DNA of 64,000 bases from Antedon mediterranea (Eukaryota > Animalia > Echinodermata), in assembly GCF_964355755.1 (NCBI RefSeq), contig NC_092671.1:18290001-18354000 (forward strand), in the 5' to 3' direction. The notes beneath the pieces are model-generated. The model saw only the letters and a program-made list of their open reading frames with translations. It was not told the origin of the DNA and did not search any database. Below are positions 61,463-64,000 of the stretch, in pieces (the first letter of the stretch is position 1; every line of letters begins with the position of its first letter). A program made the position numbers and the translations under genes.

Positions 61463-62560
61463 TTAGATAAACTGTTTGGATCTGCAATTTAGTAAGAATT
61501 TTTTCCTATGTCTACAAGTAGAGACTAACTCGTTCTTACGGTTCAGTGAGCATAGCTCTGGTTGACATATAATAACATACTTTTCATATATACATAAATT
61601 ACATCTTTTGTTAATATTTGAGTAAGGTTTGCATTTCTTTATAATTTTCCATTTAATTGAGTAATTTGTTTTAGAGTCTTTAAGTGTCCATATATATTTA
61701 CTGAGTTCCGTTGCACTTCTTAATTTTTCGTTCCGGAATGAAGACGTATGGTTTCTGTATCTAGTTTTAAACTGGTTTTCAGTTAGTCCGACATATGTTT
61801 CTTCTTTTGATGAATCTTCTCTCTTTACTGTAGCTTGGTAAACTACACCTTTTGTTAGGCAGTTACCTGGGAGCGGGCATTCATTGGGATTGCGGCAGTT
61901 ACATCCGCTTGTTTTCGCGTTGGTTTCAGTAGGCTTTTCTTTGGCTATCACATATTTGTTGTGTGCGTTAATTACTTTGTCTACGCTGGGCATGCAACTA
62001 TAGCTTAGTTTCAAGGTATTTTTGTTAAATATTTTTCTGAGCTTGTTGCCGGCAGGAAAACAATCTTCTACTATAGCTAAAAACTTGTGGCCGATGTTGG
62101 TTGCTACGTTTTTGCTGAATGGTGGGTTAAACCAAATTATGTTTCTGGTGCGTGATTTTTTGGGCTTCTGCTGTTCAGCATTGAACTCAAGTTGATGATT
62201 GTATCCACTTTCTTTGAGGGCTTCCTGGTATAGGGGTGCAGATGCATGAAATGTATCTTTGTCTGATGAGATGCCAGAAAGGCGTCTATTTATAGCAAGT
62301 GGGATGTTTCGGATAATAGATGGAGGATGGTTGCTGTCATGGTGCACGTAGGTTGGTTTGTTATTAGGCTTAGTGAAAGGTTGGAAGATCCCTGTCCTTA
62401 GGTCGAACGTTACATCCAAATAATTGACTATTTTCTTGTTAGCTTCAATTGTTAGCTTGAGGTTGTTCTCCTGGAAAATTTTACAAATATCTTTCTTGAT
62501 TAGCTCAATCGTTTTGGCTGATTCGCGAAACGCGGCTAGGCCATCGTCGCGGTATAGACC
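61463..62560 (-). CDS. PLE RT thumb plus GIY-YIG endonuclease (truncated ORF)
   Basis: ORF-track 61463-62419, extendable upstream in frame to GLYRDDG. Confidence 0.88.
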   Translation of the reverse strand, partial: GLYRDDGLAAFRESAKTIELIKKDICKIFQENNLKLTIEANKKIVNYLDVTFDLRTGIFQPFTKPNNKPTYVHHDSNHPPSIIRNIPLAINRRLSGISSDKDTFHASAPLYQEALKESGYNHQLEFNAEQQKPKKSRTRNIIWFNPPFSKNVATNIGHKFLAIVEDCFPAGNKLRKIFNKNTLKLSYSCMPSVDKVINAHNKYVIAKEKPTETNAKTSGCNCRNPNECPLPGNCLTKGVVYQATVKREDSSKEETYVGLTENQFKTRYRNHTSSFRNEKLRSATELSKYIWTLKDSKTNYSIKWKIIKKCKPYSNINKRCNLCIYEKYVIICQPELCSLNRKNELVSTCRHRKKFLLNCRSKQFI

Positions 62561-64000
62561 AACCCGACATGTAGATTAATCAACCCATCGAAATCAGAAA
62601 TCGGCATCGTAAGTAAACAAATCCTTGAAAGAATAAATAAGAAAATAATAGCGTCTACAGGATTAAATCAATGGAAGAACACTAATTCTGTTATCGAATG
62701 GTATAAGAACATTCAAAACAAGGATAAGCACTCGTTTATTTGCTTCGACATAGTTGACTTCTACCCGTCAATAACCAGTGACCTACTTAAAAAAGCCCTT
62801 GAATTCGCCTCCAAGTTTGAAGCAATCTCCGATGAAGAAACAAATATTATTATCCAAGCAAAAAAGTCACTCCTTTTCCATGATAACGCTACATGGTGCA
62901 AAAAAGGAACTGAAAACCAACCTGTGTTTGACGTCACAATGGGAAGCTTTGATGGTGCTGAAACCTGTGAAATCGTAGGTACATATCTTTTGTCGCAACT
63001 GTCTAACAAATATGGCAACCAAATTGGTCTATACCGCGACGATGGCCTAGCCGCGTTTCGCGAATCAGCCAAAACGATTGAGCTAATCAAGAAAGATATT
63101 TGTAAAATTTTCCAGGAGAACAACCTCAAGCTAACAATTGAAGCTAACAAGAAAATAGTCAATTATTTGGATGTAACGTTCGACCTAAGGACAGGGATCT
63201 TCCAACCTTTCACTAAGCCTAATAACAAACCAACCTACGTGCACCATGACAGCAACCATCCTCCATCTATTATCCGAAACATCCCACTTGCTATAAATAG
63301 ACGCCTTTCTGGCATCTCATCAGACAAAGATACATTTCATGCATCTGCACCCCTATACCAGGAAGCCCTCAAAGAAAGTGGATACAATCATCAACTTGAG
63401 TTCAATGCTGAACAGCAGAAGCCCAAAAAATCACGCACCAGAAACATAATTTGGTTTAACCCACCATTCAGCAAAAACGTAGCAACCAACATCGGCCACA
63501 AGTTTTTAGCTATAGTAGAAGATTGTTTTCCTGCCGGCAACAAGCTCAGAAAAATATTTAACAAAAATACCTTGAAACTAAGCTATAGTTGCATGCCCAG
63601 CGTAGACAAAGTAATTAACGCACACAACAAATATGTGATAGCCAAAGAAAAGCCTACTGAAACCAACGCGAAAACAAGCGGATGTAACTGCCGCAATCCC
63701 AATGAATGCCCGCTCCCAGGTAACTGCCTAACAAAAGGTGTAGTTTACCAAGCTACAGTAAAGAGAGAAGATTCATCAAAAGAAGAAACATATGTCGGAC
63801 TAACTGAAAACCAGTTTAAAACTAGATACAGAAACCATACGTCTTCATTCCGGAACGAAAAATTAAGAAGTGCAACGGAACTCAGTAAATATATATGGAC
63901 ACTTAAAGACTCTAAAACAAATTACTCAATTAAATGGAAAATTATAAAGAAATGCAAACCTTACTCAAATATTAACAAAAGATGTAATTTATGTATATAT
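62561..64000 (+). CDS. PLE (Naiad-type) reverse transcriptase-GIY-YIG ORF, 5'-truncated and running off the window
   Basis: Open frame NPTCRLINPSKSEIG...FDIVDFYPSI...VTMGSFDGAETCE...GLYRDDGL...NYLDVTF...YVGLTE. It is missing from the ORF track because it has no stop in the window. Confidence 0.92.

Larger units (their letters stand above)
61216..62562 (-). mobile_element. Penelope-like element (Naiad-type), 5'-truncated inverted copy: RT C-terminus, GIY-YIG and 3' UTR
   Basis: Open from GLYRDDG to the stop at 61463; contains CNCRNPNECPLPGNC, VVYQA..YVG, CNLC and CRH. It ends at a (TA)n tract. Confidence 0.92.

Overview
AT-rich, intron-containing animal genomic DNA; the repeat content suggests a marine invertebrate (inference). 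Two spliced host genes point towards each other. On the + strand is a four-domain F-type (fucose-binding) lectin (13 exons, 2337-18088). On the - strand is a large type I membrane protein with about 33 EGF/cbEGF modules and two SEA modules (39 intact exons, 34041-60705; its 5' end is not found in the window). A decayed cytosolic sulfotransferase pseudogene that the ORF track misses lies between them (19438-20247, -). Mobile DNA is abundant: a very young Gypsy LTR retrotransposon with TSD, PBS, PPT, a -1 frameshift signal, an unusual HHDD RT motif and a rearranged 5' end; three CR1/L2-group LINEs, one nested in another; Penelope-like elements, including a Naiad-type element present as an apparently perfect inverted duplication; SINEs, MITE families and minisatellites. 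The most notable hidden signal is a set of hammerhead ribozyme motifs of at least four sequence families, mostly tied to Penelope-like repeats. All calls were made by eye, without database searches.
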